A stretch of 63,944 nt of DNA, counting the filler, from Asterionella formosa (lineage: Eukaryota): the NCBI GenBank assembly GCA_002256025.1. It is 9 parts of 9 records of this genome, joined end to end, with 100 filler letters (N's around TTAATTAATTAA, not from the genome) between each part and the next. Parts side by side here need not be neighbours in the genome. Positions count along the whole stretch, not along the records: positions 26,283 to 52,397 come from NKIB01001824.1; positions 52,498 to 54,087 come from NKIB01001830.1; positions 54,188 to 55,778 come from NKIB01001831.1; positions 55,879 to 57,468 come from NKIB01001833.1; positions 57,569 to 59,158 come from NKIB01001834.1; 4 more parts are not named here. One strand, 5' to 3'. Position 1 is the stretch's first letter, and each line of letters opens with the position of its first letter. Shown here one piece after another: positions 46,697-58,260 of the stretch. A program made the translations under genes and the position numbers. The notes below the pieces were generated by a model, which was given only the letters and a program-made list of their open reading frames with translations, was not told where the DNA came from and did no database searches.

Positions 46697-48463
46697 ATGA
46701 TGATGAGGGGTGAAGGTTTTGAAACGAGCACTGAATATGACGATGCTGTGCATCTGGAAAGCTCCGACTCTCGGTGGTCTGCATGGGATGGATATGAAGC
46801 AACAACAATCGATCCCGGTATTTGGCTGCTTGTATTCACATGCACTTTCTGCGCCTCGGTAATGCTGGCGATAGTGCCACTTCTGGTTTGCTGGAAAGCT
46901 AGAAGAAAAGAATCAGAAGAGCAGGCAGATCACCAAAAGATCATGCCTGAGAAGACGCTCTTTGATCCAATCGAAGAAGATCCGGTGGAATCGACATTTT
47001 ATGCAGTTGTGAACATTGACGAGGAATCACGGAAAATTCTGCGGATTGCTATTCCCTTTACGTTATCAGGTCTGGTCAGTGCTTCACTATCCAACATTTG
47101 TTTAGCAATGGTTGGTCGCTATATAGGCACCAAGGCAATCACAGCGTATGCAATCGTTCAAATCTTGCTGGGTCTCACAGACGAGTTTCTTCAAGGACCC
47201 ATCGCCGCATTGACGACACTGTGTTCTCACGCGGTCGGGGCTAAAAATTACTTCTTGGCAGGACAGTTTGTTCAACTCGCAATTTTATCTTACTGGATAC
47301 TTTCTCTTCCTGCCTTTGCATTTTGGTTTAACTACATGGATGAAGTCGTCTTGTTTCTCGAATGGGGTGACCAAGAAACAGCCCACATGGCAAATGACTT
47401 CACGCACGTCTATATTTGGTCATTTTTATTGAGAGGAATTTCATCAGGATTGTGGCAATTACTCGAAGTGGCAGATCTAGCTTCCGAAGTTACCATTATA
47501 CGTATTCTAGGGGGCGTTGTCGATGCGGCTGTGATTGTCGTATTGGTTACATCAAGAGAATCGTCCTTGACGCAAGTGGGTTTATGCCATATCGCAACAT
47601 CACTGTTCATTCTTTGCCTTTCTTTTGCCATTGCCGAAATTAATAATTGGCTGGGTCCATTCAAAAAGGGATTATTTGGATCATTTTCATTGAAGAATGT
47701 ATTTGCTATCGACCTCATGATCACGCAAGCCCTTCCTTTGGCCATTGGATCCCTTTTCAGTCACGCAGAATGGGCTACGTTGACATTTTTCGCGTCGCTC
47801 TTGGGTCCTGCTGAAGTTGCTGCCTGGGCTATTCTAGGAAACATTTGGGAAGTCTTTTATTCTGCGACTTCTGGGATTGGAGACGCTGCCGAGTTGAGAG
47901 TGGGAATTCATTTAGGATCCAATCGACCGACAATGGCCAAATTGGCAGGATACAAGGCGCTCGTCTTAAGCATGACCATGGCCAGTATCGTTTCCATTGT
48001 TTTCTTTTCTATACAGGATCGTATTCCTGGATGGTTCACTGTTGATGCAACGCTTCAATCCATGCTGCGAGAGCTCATTCCTTTTGTGGGTATTGCGAAT
48101 TTTACCATGCAATTTGGTATGACTTCATGGTCGTTGATAGGAGCCCAAGGGAAATATAGACTTGCAACATGTGTTAGCTTTCTTTCTAGCTGGGGCATTT
48201 GCATGCCTCTTGCGGCACTCTTTACGCTTTATTTTCGAATCGACCTTCAAGGCTTGATGTCTTCAGTGGTGATGGGGTACGTGACGACGGGAGCGGCTCT
48301 GGCTACGGTGCTGCTGAGTACTAACTGGAATGAAGTGGCACGACAGATTCAAATGCAAAATGTTGACCATAAAGCGCAGTCAATCCTTGCAAGGGATGAT
48401 GAGCATTCCGTCGAAGTGGAGGAGCTGTTGCAAGATGTCGTTTTGGAGAAAGACTGTCGTTGA
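46697..48463 (+). CDS. MATE-family efflux transporter with an extra N-terminal TM helix
   Basis: ILRIAIP, MVGRYIG, TLCSHAVGAKN, EWATLTFFASLLG, RVGIHLGSNRP, LIGAQGKY motifs; about 12 TM helices; start uncertain because of the upstream gap. Confidence 0.92.
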   Translation: MMMRGEGFETSTEYDDAVHLESSDSRWSAWDGYEATTIDPGIWLLVFTCTFCASVMLAIVPLLVCWKARRKESEEQADHQKIMPEKTLFDPIEEDPVESTFYAVVNIDEESRKILRIAIPFTLSGLVSASLSNICLAMVGRYIGTKAITAYAIVQILLGLTDEFLQGPIAALTTLCSHAVGAKNYFLAGQFVQLAILSYWILSLPAFAFWFNYMDEVVLFLEWGDQETAHMANDFTHVYIWSFLLRGISSGLWQLLEVADLASEVTIIRILGGVVDAAVIVVLVTSRESSLTQVGLCHIATSLFILCLSFAIAEINNWLGPFKKGLFGSFSLKNVFAIDLMITQALPLAIGSLFSHAEWATLTFFASLLGPAEVAAWAILGNIWEVFYSATSGIGDAAELRVGIHLGSNRPTMAKLAGYKALVLSMTMASIVSIVFFSIQDRIPGWFTVDATLQSMLRELIPFVGIANFTMQFGMTSWSLIGAQGKYRLATCVSFLSSWGICMPLAALFTLYFRIDLQGLMSSVVMGYVTTGAALATVLLSTNWNEVARQIQMQNVDHKAQSILARDDEHSVEVEELLQDVVLEKDCR

Positions 48464-48805
48464 ATAAAGTACAACATTATTGACCAATTTGAGGACTATA
48501 TTTACGGTATGCACGTACCGTCGTTCGCGCTAAAAAGAGAAAAGAAAAACGAAAGGGTTCGCTTTTCCGGTGAGCCTACTTGTGGAAGCCATATTTAATT
48601 GTGCAGATGATACCATGCTAATGGTGTAGTATTGTCAACTGATAATAGACGGCGGAATACCCGTTAGGGTGGTAAATCCACGTATCTGCTTAACGGGATA
48701 CTCGTGCAGACTTCGACATGAACTACCGGTAGTATACTTGTATATTCTATTCCAGTTTCCAAGTCTAGAGATATTCTGGATATGTGTAACAAAAATTGAG
48801 GGAAA

Positions 48806-51800
48806 TCAGTTTCCGCGCCTAGCACTTCGTTTAAAAGCCGCCAGTTTCTGTGTTCTCGCGGTAAGAGATCTCTCAGCGTTTTGCTGCTGATCATATTCAG
48901 TTCTCCTTGCTACTGTTGCTTGAACTATTGCTCGACGTTGAGATGCAGACTCGGATGCGGCGGCGACTGCTGCTTCCTGTTGCGCGGCACGAGTTTCGGG
49001 ATTAACAAACTCACCAAAGACTCGACGACCTCCCACTGTAATTGATCGGTTTGATGATTTTCCCTTTCTCTTGGGTTTGCTACAGCGTAGCATGGCGCTT
49101 TCGAGACAAGGCACAATCTCAACGGCGGCAAGAACAGAGAAGAGAGTTTTCGGGTCCGCCAGTACTTCATGATCGCTGTCGGGTGCGGAAGTTACTCGAT
49201 TCTTCTCGTTGTTATCAAGCATTGCCAAGGATCTAGCAAGTGCTTTTGTGGATCGTCCGGGACGCTCAGTCTTTGCTACGAGGTGCAATCGGGGAGGTGG
49301 AACCCGTGCTTTCGTGTCGCTCAGATCACAAGATATATGGACCATGACAATATCAAGAGCACGAAAATTCAAGGTTTTAGGCGCGCCTGGGACCAGAATT
49401 TGTAGCGACCGTTTCACTTCGTCGTCATTGTCGTGCATCACACACGTGGCAGCCGGCAGTAGGCGACTGACGCCCGAAGGAGCAAAGCCCAAAGTGGGAT
49501 CCAACCCTGCATTTGAAGAAAGTCCAACAAGGCCAGGATCGATTTGGATGTTGCCATTTATGTCACTGAGAAATACTGGACCCTTGAGGTCAAATTTAGG
49601 CACGTAAACTAGCAGTCCATTGACACGAAGGTCCGTAATGACAGCTGGGACGATCTCTGCGTGAGTCCGAAAGTAAAGCGAGAGGAACAAACGCTGACAT
49701 TCAAACGATGAACGTTTGGCCATACGGTTTTGTTTGTTCAACAAGTCGCAGATAGAAGAAACTTCAGTGCTCTCGTAAACTTTAAGAATGTTTGATTCGT
49801 CAGGAGTTGACAAGTTCTTGGAAAACTTCCTGTTTTCGTTCGTTACAAGTGAGAGCTCGGAAGCTCGATTTACCAAAGAGGCAACGAGTTTGTCTGATTT
49901 ATTATGATCCCGAGTTTTCAAACCCTCACCTTTTTCGATCGAGACGGCCATTGAAGTTGGAATACTCTCAAGTCGATTCTGCATTGGGAATCCAGGAGGA
50001 TGTTTCAAATAACTTTTTGATTTTTTTTCTAGAATTAATGATGCAATCAACTGCTTGTGCACCACAATGTCGGCATAGCGGCGGATAGGTGAAGTAAAAT
50101 GGGTGTACTTATGAATTCCAAGACCATAGTGCGAAAGGCCAGCACCCCTTCCCTGACTACCGGTGCATACGTATAGAGCTTCGGACATGGCTCTCGTTGC
50201 CAATGATTGCCATAGGGAGTTCACGATCGCAGCATTTTTTCCCTCAAGCTTTGCTTGTTTTAGAGACTGTGCCAATGCCATGTTACTACTGCCGTCAAAA
50301 TGAATACCACCAGCTTTCAAAGCACTCTGAAGGTCCTCAAAACGATCTTCGTTCACTGTCGGATGTATTCGAAGCAAAGAAGAATCAGGAAAGGCTGCAA
50401 AAATCTTTTCAGCAACTGACTGATTTGCCATGATCATCATTTCAGCAATTGTGTGATGAATTTCGAGCTCTTGCTTACTTGACACTCTGAATGGATTTCC
50501 GGTGTCATCCAGAGAAAATTTCAGTTCAGTCCCAAAGTCTCCACTAGACAAATCGACAGCGCCGCCAAGCTCTTCTCGTTTCATGCGAAGCTTTCTAGAG
50601 AGGTGAGTAAGGATGCCAAGATCTCGTTTCAAGTTAGGAATCAATTTTCTGTCAATGGGTGCCCCTGCCGTCAACGGGGGCACCCCCATTGTTTTGGACG
50701 GATCATCAGGGGATACATCATGTAAAATATTGTGAGCCTGCTCATATGTCATTGCTTGACAGTTGTGAATTACTGTCCGGCCGTACCAAACTGATTTTAT
50801 GGTCTGGAAGTCTGGTGACATGGTCCAAATGACAGACACAGCCAATCTATCCATGTTACCGTGTAGCGAGCAAAGGTTGCCGCTTAACAAGGAAGGTAGC
50901 ATGTCGAATCTGCGATCCACCAAGTAGAAAGTGGTTCCTCGAACTTGAGCCTCTAAATCAAGAGCCGAATTGTGTGGTACGAAATGCGTCACATCAGCGA
51001 TATGAACACCGACTTCAACGTCTCCATTGAGCAGAACCTCTGCATGCATCGCATCATCGATGTCTTGACAGCCTGGAGGGTCCACGCTAAAGATTCTCCG
51101 ACTTGATCTCAGGTCCCGTCGTCGAGCAACTTCTTCCGGAGTCACACTCCACTCTATTCCTTGGGCTGGGAGGCAAGCTGTGGCAGCTACACTGAATGGC
51201 TCTAATCGAATTTCGTGTTCGTATAGTAAACACGACATCTCAGTTTCCAAGTCACCGATCGCTCCTAAGACTTCCACACAGTGGCCGTTTGGGTAATGAG
51301 AGTCCACGTCCCATCCGTCAATCTCCACCAACAGTCTTTGATTCACGAATCGCTGCCAACCTGCCGTTCGAATGCGAACTCTCGGTATCCTCGTGTCCAT
51401 GGGAATAACAACTACAACCGTTTCATCATCAGCTGGCGAGTCTACCAAAGTTGCAACATAAAGTCGTCGCGACGTTTCAGCAATGGCCACAACACGAGCT
51501 GTTGGAAAAACAGGTCCAACTGGGTCTGAAATGTCGTTTTCTTCGTCATCTCGATGGTGAATTAATCTTCGCTGTCCCACAGGACATTCCCATTGTGATT
51601 CGGGTAACGGTTGAATGATGACCAAATCGTGATGAATAGCCCTGTTGAAATGGAATGCTTCTTGACCTAGAAAGTACCGTTCTTTCGGGGTAGAAACATA
51701 GCCTTCTCTTGCATTTTGCTTCGTCACCTCGAACCTCCCTTTATGTAAAGAACCATTGCGAAGTCCAATGGCAATGGCTTCTTCTGATAGATACAATGAA

Positions 51801-52397
51801 ACCGATGAACCACCAAAATTTTCATCATCATCGGTATGGTGATTGCGCCGTTGATAATAGATTTCACATCGTTTCATTGTTTCTGTTAGTTCATGCAATG
51901 AATTCACCTCCACCATTTCGTGTTGCACGAGAAATTCAATCAGCTCCGCCATGGACATAATCTCCGTCGTTCCATCAGATATAGACTTAATCTCTTTCGT
52001 ATGTTCAACTACAAGGAGGACTCTTTTCGAGTCCAACAACTTATTTGCTCTTAATATCGAATGTTTACATCGATCCTCTGTTGTCATTTCGGAGTAACGT
52101 AGCAAATCCCATTCATCCCATTCTTCCTCCCTCATGGACAGGTCACAAAAGACGTGTATCTGTTTCCTCTGCACCAACTTCTTCAGTCGACTGCGTTCTT
52201 GAATTGCCGCAGACTCTTTGCGAAGATGGAGGGGTGATCCGACAGAGGGAGACGAGTTTCTATAATCCATGCATTCTGCCGCGCTCTCCAATAGGACAAA
52301 GCTACATGATGCATTGCGCTTGCATCGTTCTGTGATGAGAATGAGTAATTTGAGGTATTTTCGCCAGACTAGGCCGTCTGGAACAATGCATGTGGAA
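48806..52397 (-). CDS. DIS3/RRP44-family RNB exoribonuclease; 5' end in gap
   Basis: Catalytic FSVDPPGCQDIDDA, HIADV, HYGLG…YTHFTSPIRRYAD and an S1-like C-terminal region. The frame stays open to the gap at 52397 (…CIVPD…, PIN-like start). Confidence 0.92.
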
Positions 52398-53069
52398 NNN
52401 NNNNNNNNNNNNNNNNNNNNNNNNNNNNNNNNNNNNNNNNNTTAATTAATTAANNNNNNNNNNNNNNNNNNNNNNNNNNNNNNNNNNNNNNNNNNNNCGT
52501 TTTTGTCGTCTTTTCTGCTATCATGGTTGTGTTCTCGTTGTCGTTACCGCTGTCCCTGCTGTTTCTGCTGTCATTTTTCTTGTTCTTATTCTATTGTTCT
52601 TTCGTTATGGTTACTGTGGCTGTAAAACCTTCTCTTCCTTGGTGTTCCTCGCCCTGCGTTTGAACTTGAACATGCATTGTTTGATATGAAATGTAAAAAG
52701 GTCTTGTTTGTTAAAAACCAGCCATCATCTGACTCTGTGAATCTTGTTCTTCGCTTCCAGATAACAAGAAGGACTCTGTTGTGGGCCGGTTCCTCTGGAA
52801 GAAACAGGCAGTTTTTTTTGTTTCTCCTTGCTTGTCATCACAGAAAGGATGCATCTGAAAGTTCGAGAAATTATGGTAAGCAGTTAATATTTTGGGAAAT
52901 GGAAACAGGTCTTTTGTCACATTGCTGTTGTTCTTTTTGTTGTTGCTCTGCACCATCGCTCGTTTTCTTCGTCTTGTGTTTGGAAATATGAATGATTGCT
53001 GTTGTAGTTCCCTTACCTCCATTTCGTTCTTCCTCTTACTTGTGCCTTTTGGAATTGGAAAAGTGGTCA

Positions 53070-53775
53070 GTCATGAACATACTCTGCGAACCTTTTTCTT
53101 TTTCTACAGACAATCAATCTGTTTTTGGCAGGGCAGGGTTGAACCTTGAGAATAATGAAATGCGTCGTGCTCTGCCTGTGTCAGGATGGCTATCCTGTGT
53201 CAGGCAGGCTATCAATCATTTGTTATTTGCATTGTTGAAAGGATTCCTCTGGTGCATAGCTAGGGGACAAATGTATACATGGTAAGCAAGTGCAATGTTT
53301 TCTTACCTTCTGCTGATATTGTTTGCTGTTGCTTGTTGTGGGCAGATCTCCTCTCCTATTCTCCTTCGTCTTTGTTCGGAATTGTTAGCGCAGGCATTGC
53401 CTATTTGTAATGAATTAGAAGAAGGGCTTGATTTTGTGCATGTTAATTGTTGATCACGAACTTACTCTGCAAACGCTGTTCTTTGTCTACAGACAATCAA
53501 TCTGTTGAGCAAGGGATTTGTTGTGAATCAGGCGGCATGGTAAGCACAACAAGAACGATGCCTTTGTAAAAATTGTTCGTCCATGAACTCACTCTGCGAC
53601 CGTTGTTTACTGATTGCAGACAATCAATTTGATGAGGGCTGGGTTGGACATTGGGGAACATGGTAAGGAGCACACAGAACCGAAATCATGGCTTCGCAAC
53701 TTTTGCTATCTCATCAACTCACTCTGCAAATGCTGTTGCCCTCTTGTTTCTACAGCAGACAATCAATCTGAGCAA
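53070..53775 (+). repeat. Four dispersed copies of an intron-acceptor/mini-exon module
   Basis: ACTCTGC…(CTA/TTG)CAG|ACAATCAAT at about 53081-53120, 53464-53503, 53591-53630 and 53721-53770, interleaved with ATG|GTAAG donors at about 53281, 53539 and 53662. Confidence 0.6.
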
Positions 53776-54187
53776 TGAGAATGAGCAGCCGGCTCATTTG
53801 CTATGAATTGATCTACCGATACTAGCAACAGGGACTCCTGCAAGTATGAGTAGCCAGGCAATCTTGTGAGTCGTTACAGCATCCAGCTGCAAGAATGAAC
53901 ATCCATTGCTTGTCGTATTGGTTTGAGAATCACGTTCTATAGAAAGTATCAATATAAACTACTATATAGCGAAGCGATTAATTTGATTGATTTTGCGATT
54001 GTAGAATGAAATTGAAAAAGTGAATTGGTTACACATAATTATTTGTTTGACTAGCATATATATTTGTTTAACCTTGAGGTATTAATGNNNNNNNNNNNNN
54101 NNNNNNNNNNNNNNNNNNNNNNNNNNNNNNNTTAATTAATTAANNNNNNNNNNNNNNNNNNNNNNNNNNNNNNNNNNNNNNNNNNNN

Positions 54188-55777
54188 ACAAACTTGCGCT
54201 CAACAACAACGTTCTGCTGAGGTGTAATTGGTGCTGTGTATTCAATCTGAATACCATGCTTGGTGCATACAGATGACAAATTTTCGAGATTTTCACCTGC
54301 ATTATCACATCGTAGATACTTGATGACATATTTTGCTGCAAATAGCTTGATAAGTAGCTCGTCCACAATTTTGGATAGTAAATTCTTCTTCTTAACAAAA
54401 AAACTCCATGACTTTCCAGAGAATTGATCGACAACAAGTATCCAGTAATTGCTTCCCACAATGGACTTTTTGTACGGCCCTGAAGTGTCCACGAAAATCC
54501 GTTCACCGGGTAGTACAGCCTGTACAGTCAACACTTTTGAAACTGCCTTTGCTTTCGCCTTTGCCTTAGAGCATTCGTCACATGACCGGAGGGTACCAGT
54601 AAGTTCTATCTTCAGTGCTTTGAACGTAGCACGTAGTGCGGCTTCCCCAATATGCCCGTAGATATCGTGTGCCTCGTTGATAACCTGTGACTTCATTTTG
54701 TCCTCCCCACTCATAACTGTATGGGTGTTTGTAGACAAGTTTTTTGGTACTATCGGCCCCCTGGGACAATGGGGCAATAACCATGGATACGACATCGGCA
54801 TAACTCGCGCGGTTTCCTTTAAAATAATAGAGAACTCCATTGCTGCCTTGGTCTCTCTGTTAAATGAAATATGTCCTCCACTACCTTTCTTAACTGTCAT
54901 TGTAGACCCTGTGACTGAAAGTTCAAAACCGTCACGGATTAGGACGCCCAAACTGACGATGTTCTTGTGAAACTTAGGCGTGTACAGGACATCCTTCAAT
55001 GTCATACTAGTCTTCTCTCCGTTGGTGAGCTTGATGTCACCGCGTTTTGTGCATTTAATTTCCGAGCCATCGCCGACGACGACTGTGACACTGACTGGGC
55101 GTACATTTTTCATACCGACATCACTCATTGTGATATGGGCAGTAGATCCAGTATCAGCGAGCCAATTCTCCTGAAGGGCAATAGAGCGAGGAGCAACAGC
55201 AGAGGCACAAAACTCTTTATTATCAAATTTTACATCACAATCATCAATAATTTCCTAGCAAATACCGACGAAAGTCCACTCTTTATCGTCGTTCTCGTTG
55301 TACTTGTCATTCGTATCTTGTTTCTTTTCGTTTGCTTCGATGTCTTCGTAGTCAATCGTACACATGCCAACAAACATGCCGGTCTCTTTCGTTGTAGTAC
55401 ATTCTCGTTTGGGTTTGGGGCAATCTTTGCGATATGTCCGGCATGCTTGTTGCAATTGAAACACTTGACGCCTTTCGGAGGAGGCCTGTTTCCGTCGCCG
55501 TGCGTCTTGTTCTTGACTCGACAATCGGCTGCCTTGTGTCCTTGCTTGCCACCACAATTGCGGCAGAGTCCTTTGAACTTAGTTCCAAAGGAAGCAAGAG
55601 CAAGTTCGCCATCCGACTTTTCGTTCTTAAACTTGCGTTTGAAGAACGCGCGTATCTTGGCCTTAAGGTCTTCTAGTGTTAGGGAGGGCATAGCCTCAAC
55701 CATTGTTACCACTTCTGAGTACTCCTTAGGTAGTTTGTCAAGTATGTGGGCAATCATCTCGAGATCCTTCTTTTCGT
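54188..55777 (-). mobile_element. Ty1/copia (CoDi-like) LTR retrotransposon gag-pol fragment, frameshifted
   Basis: Gag HILDKLPKEYS; two zinc knuckles (CRNCGGKQGHKAADC, CFNCNKHAGHI..C); protease WLADTGSTAH; integrase H…GH…CDEC, VDTSGP, VVDQFS, LRCDNAGEN, PQQNVVVER in copia order. Confidence 0.95.
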
Positions 55778-55878
55778 ANNNNNNNNNNNNNNNNNNNNNN
55801 NNNNNNNNNNNNNNNNNNNNNNTTAATTAATTAANNNNNNNNNNNNNNNNNNNNNNNNNNNNNNNNNNNNNNNNNNNN

Positions 55879-57050
55879 AATCATCATTTCCACACCAGCA
55901 TCTGGTTCCATTGCTTTCGAACTACCAGTTACATGATTCTTGGGACAAACATGTTCCTTGATTGGTTTCTTGTACCGTATAGCCCTGTTGCACACATTAC
56001 AGACCTTAGATTTCACTCTGTAGTCTAGTATCTTTTTCGTGAAGCCGCCAATACAAAAAGCATGTCCACTTACAGAGTTGTACTTATTCCTGCTCGACCG
56101 CTGCTGCCAGCCCATATCGAAACTAACAGTGAGTCAAGGCATATTCAGTACAGACAAGCGATCCGTACCAGTCAGACTGTTCCACCACTGAAAATCACGT
56201 CCTTTGTCAGCCCAGTCTCCTCGTTCATGCACATTGAGTGTCAGATATATTTCCTCCTGACATGCCTCTTTCATTGCAAGAGCGGTTGCAGTAACTTCAG
56301 CGTTTCCTACCAGTTCCTCTACTGCACCAAAGTTACCTTGCTTGCGTAGACCAAAATCCAAAGGTACTAGTACATGGAAGATTCATTGCGGAGCAGATGA
56401 TATCTGCATCTGCTGGTCCCATTTCGGCTTTGTGACAACCCAAAATAAACTGTTTGTTGATAGAAAAGTGTTTTGCTTCTATTGCGTTATTTCTTATCTC
56501 ATCATTTCTGTCTCCATTGCTGTTGCTTCTTGCAGGTTCGAGTTTAGAAATCAGTTTCTGACAGGTCAAACAAGAGACTTTGAATTCGCTTGCCAAGCCG
56601 TAATTTTTGGTAGAGACAACAATCAACGGGTGTTTCATTGTTGAAATCGGAAAGTCAAGCACATCCTGCTCCAGAAATAATTCACATTGCTGTTCAATGG
56701 ATAGCTTTTGTTGTCTATTTGATGTACAGTAAGTTACAAAGTCACGAAGTGATTGTTTGCAATATTCTTTTACAAATTTATTAACACAACTTTTGCAATA
56801 CATATCTTCCTGCAGAAATTTCGACAATGTATTATAGTCGATTATATGATTCATGTTCAGTTGAGAGCCGTCTGTTAATTGGTGACGATGAGATTGCTAG
56901 TTCAATTGGTGAAGTGGTTGTTGTAGGGGGACAAAAAGGCATCTTAGAGGTCCACCAATTTTGATTTTCATCGGACGCTATATTTCGTCCTCCTTGCTGA
57001 CCACCAACACCAATTTCGGAAATGAGACGGCTACCACTGGAACGTGGCAT
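55879..57050 (-). mobile_element. DNA transposase pseudogene of the 'Mutator-like'/Kolobok type
   Basis: LTVSFDMGWQQRSSRNKYNSVSGHAFCIG…KILDY.VKSKVCNVC…HVCPKNH.GSSKAME matches the D-G-W-Q…SK.C..C…H.C.KN..GSS.AME pattern; upstream CxxC pairs; in-frame TGA at about 56134 and frameshifts. Confidence 0.75.
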
Positions 57051-57239
57051 GATTTTGTCTTATAATAGTTGGTGTTGCTGTTTTTTATGGCTGGTTGATT
57101 CGTTAGATTGTGTAAAAATATAAATATATTTGTCATTCATGCCACCTCACTTCTAGAAGGTTTTGAAACATTGTATATAGGTGGATTGAAGTTCTTGATT
57201 TACTAATGAAATAAATGAAAATCGTAAAAGCGCTAATCA

Positions 57240-57468
57240 CTAATAGATTTAGAACATTTAGAATGTTTGGAAGTTGGTTTGAAACCAGTGTAACCTTGCT
57301 TCGTTTGGGTCCTTGTTCTTCAAAAGAGATCGAACCCCCTTCAAACAACAGCCAGGAAGTTGCATCCAAACACCTTTTCCCAATGGACCACTGAAAACTC
57401 TGATTAGAAACTTGTACAGAAGATTGCGGGCTCTTGATGCCGTAACATCTTCATCCTTCAACCTGGTA
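57240..57468 (-). pseudogene. C-terminus of a P2X7-ballast/KolX-like ORF upstream of the transposase
   Basis: RNLLYKFLIRVFSGPLGKGVWMQLPGCCLKGVRSL…; a one-base frameshift then gives GYTGFK, matching the R…Y…G.LG.G….P.C….R…P…G.Y.GF pattern. Confidence 0.55.
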
Positions 57469-57889
57469 NNNNNNNNNNNNNNNNNNNNNNNNNNNNNNNN
57501 NNNNNNNNNNNNTTAATTAATTAANNNNNNNNNNNNNNNNNNNNNNNNNNNNNNNNNNNNNNNNNNNNGACATTAAACAAGACACTGCTTGTTCTTTAGG
57601 TGACTAGAAATACTGCATCGCGAGAACTATCACTAATTCCCCTCACTAACCCATTGTGTATTTTCGGAGGACACATTCTTTGTGAAATGAAGTTACTGGA
57701 CCTTGGGCTATTTGGTGTCATCTGGTGGACCAGGCAATGATAAACATTGCATATTCTTCTTCTAACTCTTTTGCTTTTCCTTTTGTTGTGGAGGAGCCAT
57801 TCATACTGTGCGTTACTCCAATTATTCATGTTATTGTTGTATTATTAGTCTTATGTTTTGTGTGGATACTTTCAAAGTGTTATCAAAGC

Positions 57890-58260
57890 TGCTAGTAACA
57901 TTGTTTTTCAAATTGCGCATCTCTAGTTCACTTGAAAACTGTGCCATCGTCGACTTCAATTTTCGTTGTCTTCAATTTTCATTGTCAATAATAGTGTAAT
58001 TAGGAAATTTCTTTTATGATCCTTCTGTGAATGTTGTTATTGACATAGTTTCAAGTTGCAAAGCGTCGTTCTCATTTTTCATGGAGATGTTTCTTTATTT
58101 TGTGATGGTCAAGGCTGAGATGACATGATGCAGCTCCAGCCGCTCAGAACGACTAGACTGTAGCACTGTAGTGTCTTATATAGGCAAAAATCACGCATCC
58201 TTTGCTAAATAATTACATATTTGTGACTATGAGGAGCGCTACCTTGAGTACCCTGTCATT
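57890..58260 (-). repeat. Dispersed repeat, inverted homologue of about 20270-20605
   Basis: TATATAA.ACACTACAGTG…CTGCATCATGTCATCTCAGCCTTGAC…CTCCATGAAAAATGA.AACGACGCTTTG is shared by both loci. Confidence 0.8.

Noticed and set aside
54188..55777. Programmed frameshifting in the copia gag-pol
   Set aside because: Several frame changes occur within gag and between protease and integrase; decay or sequencing indels are more parsimonious, as copia normally uses a single ORF
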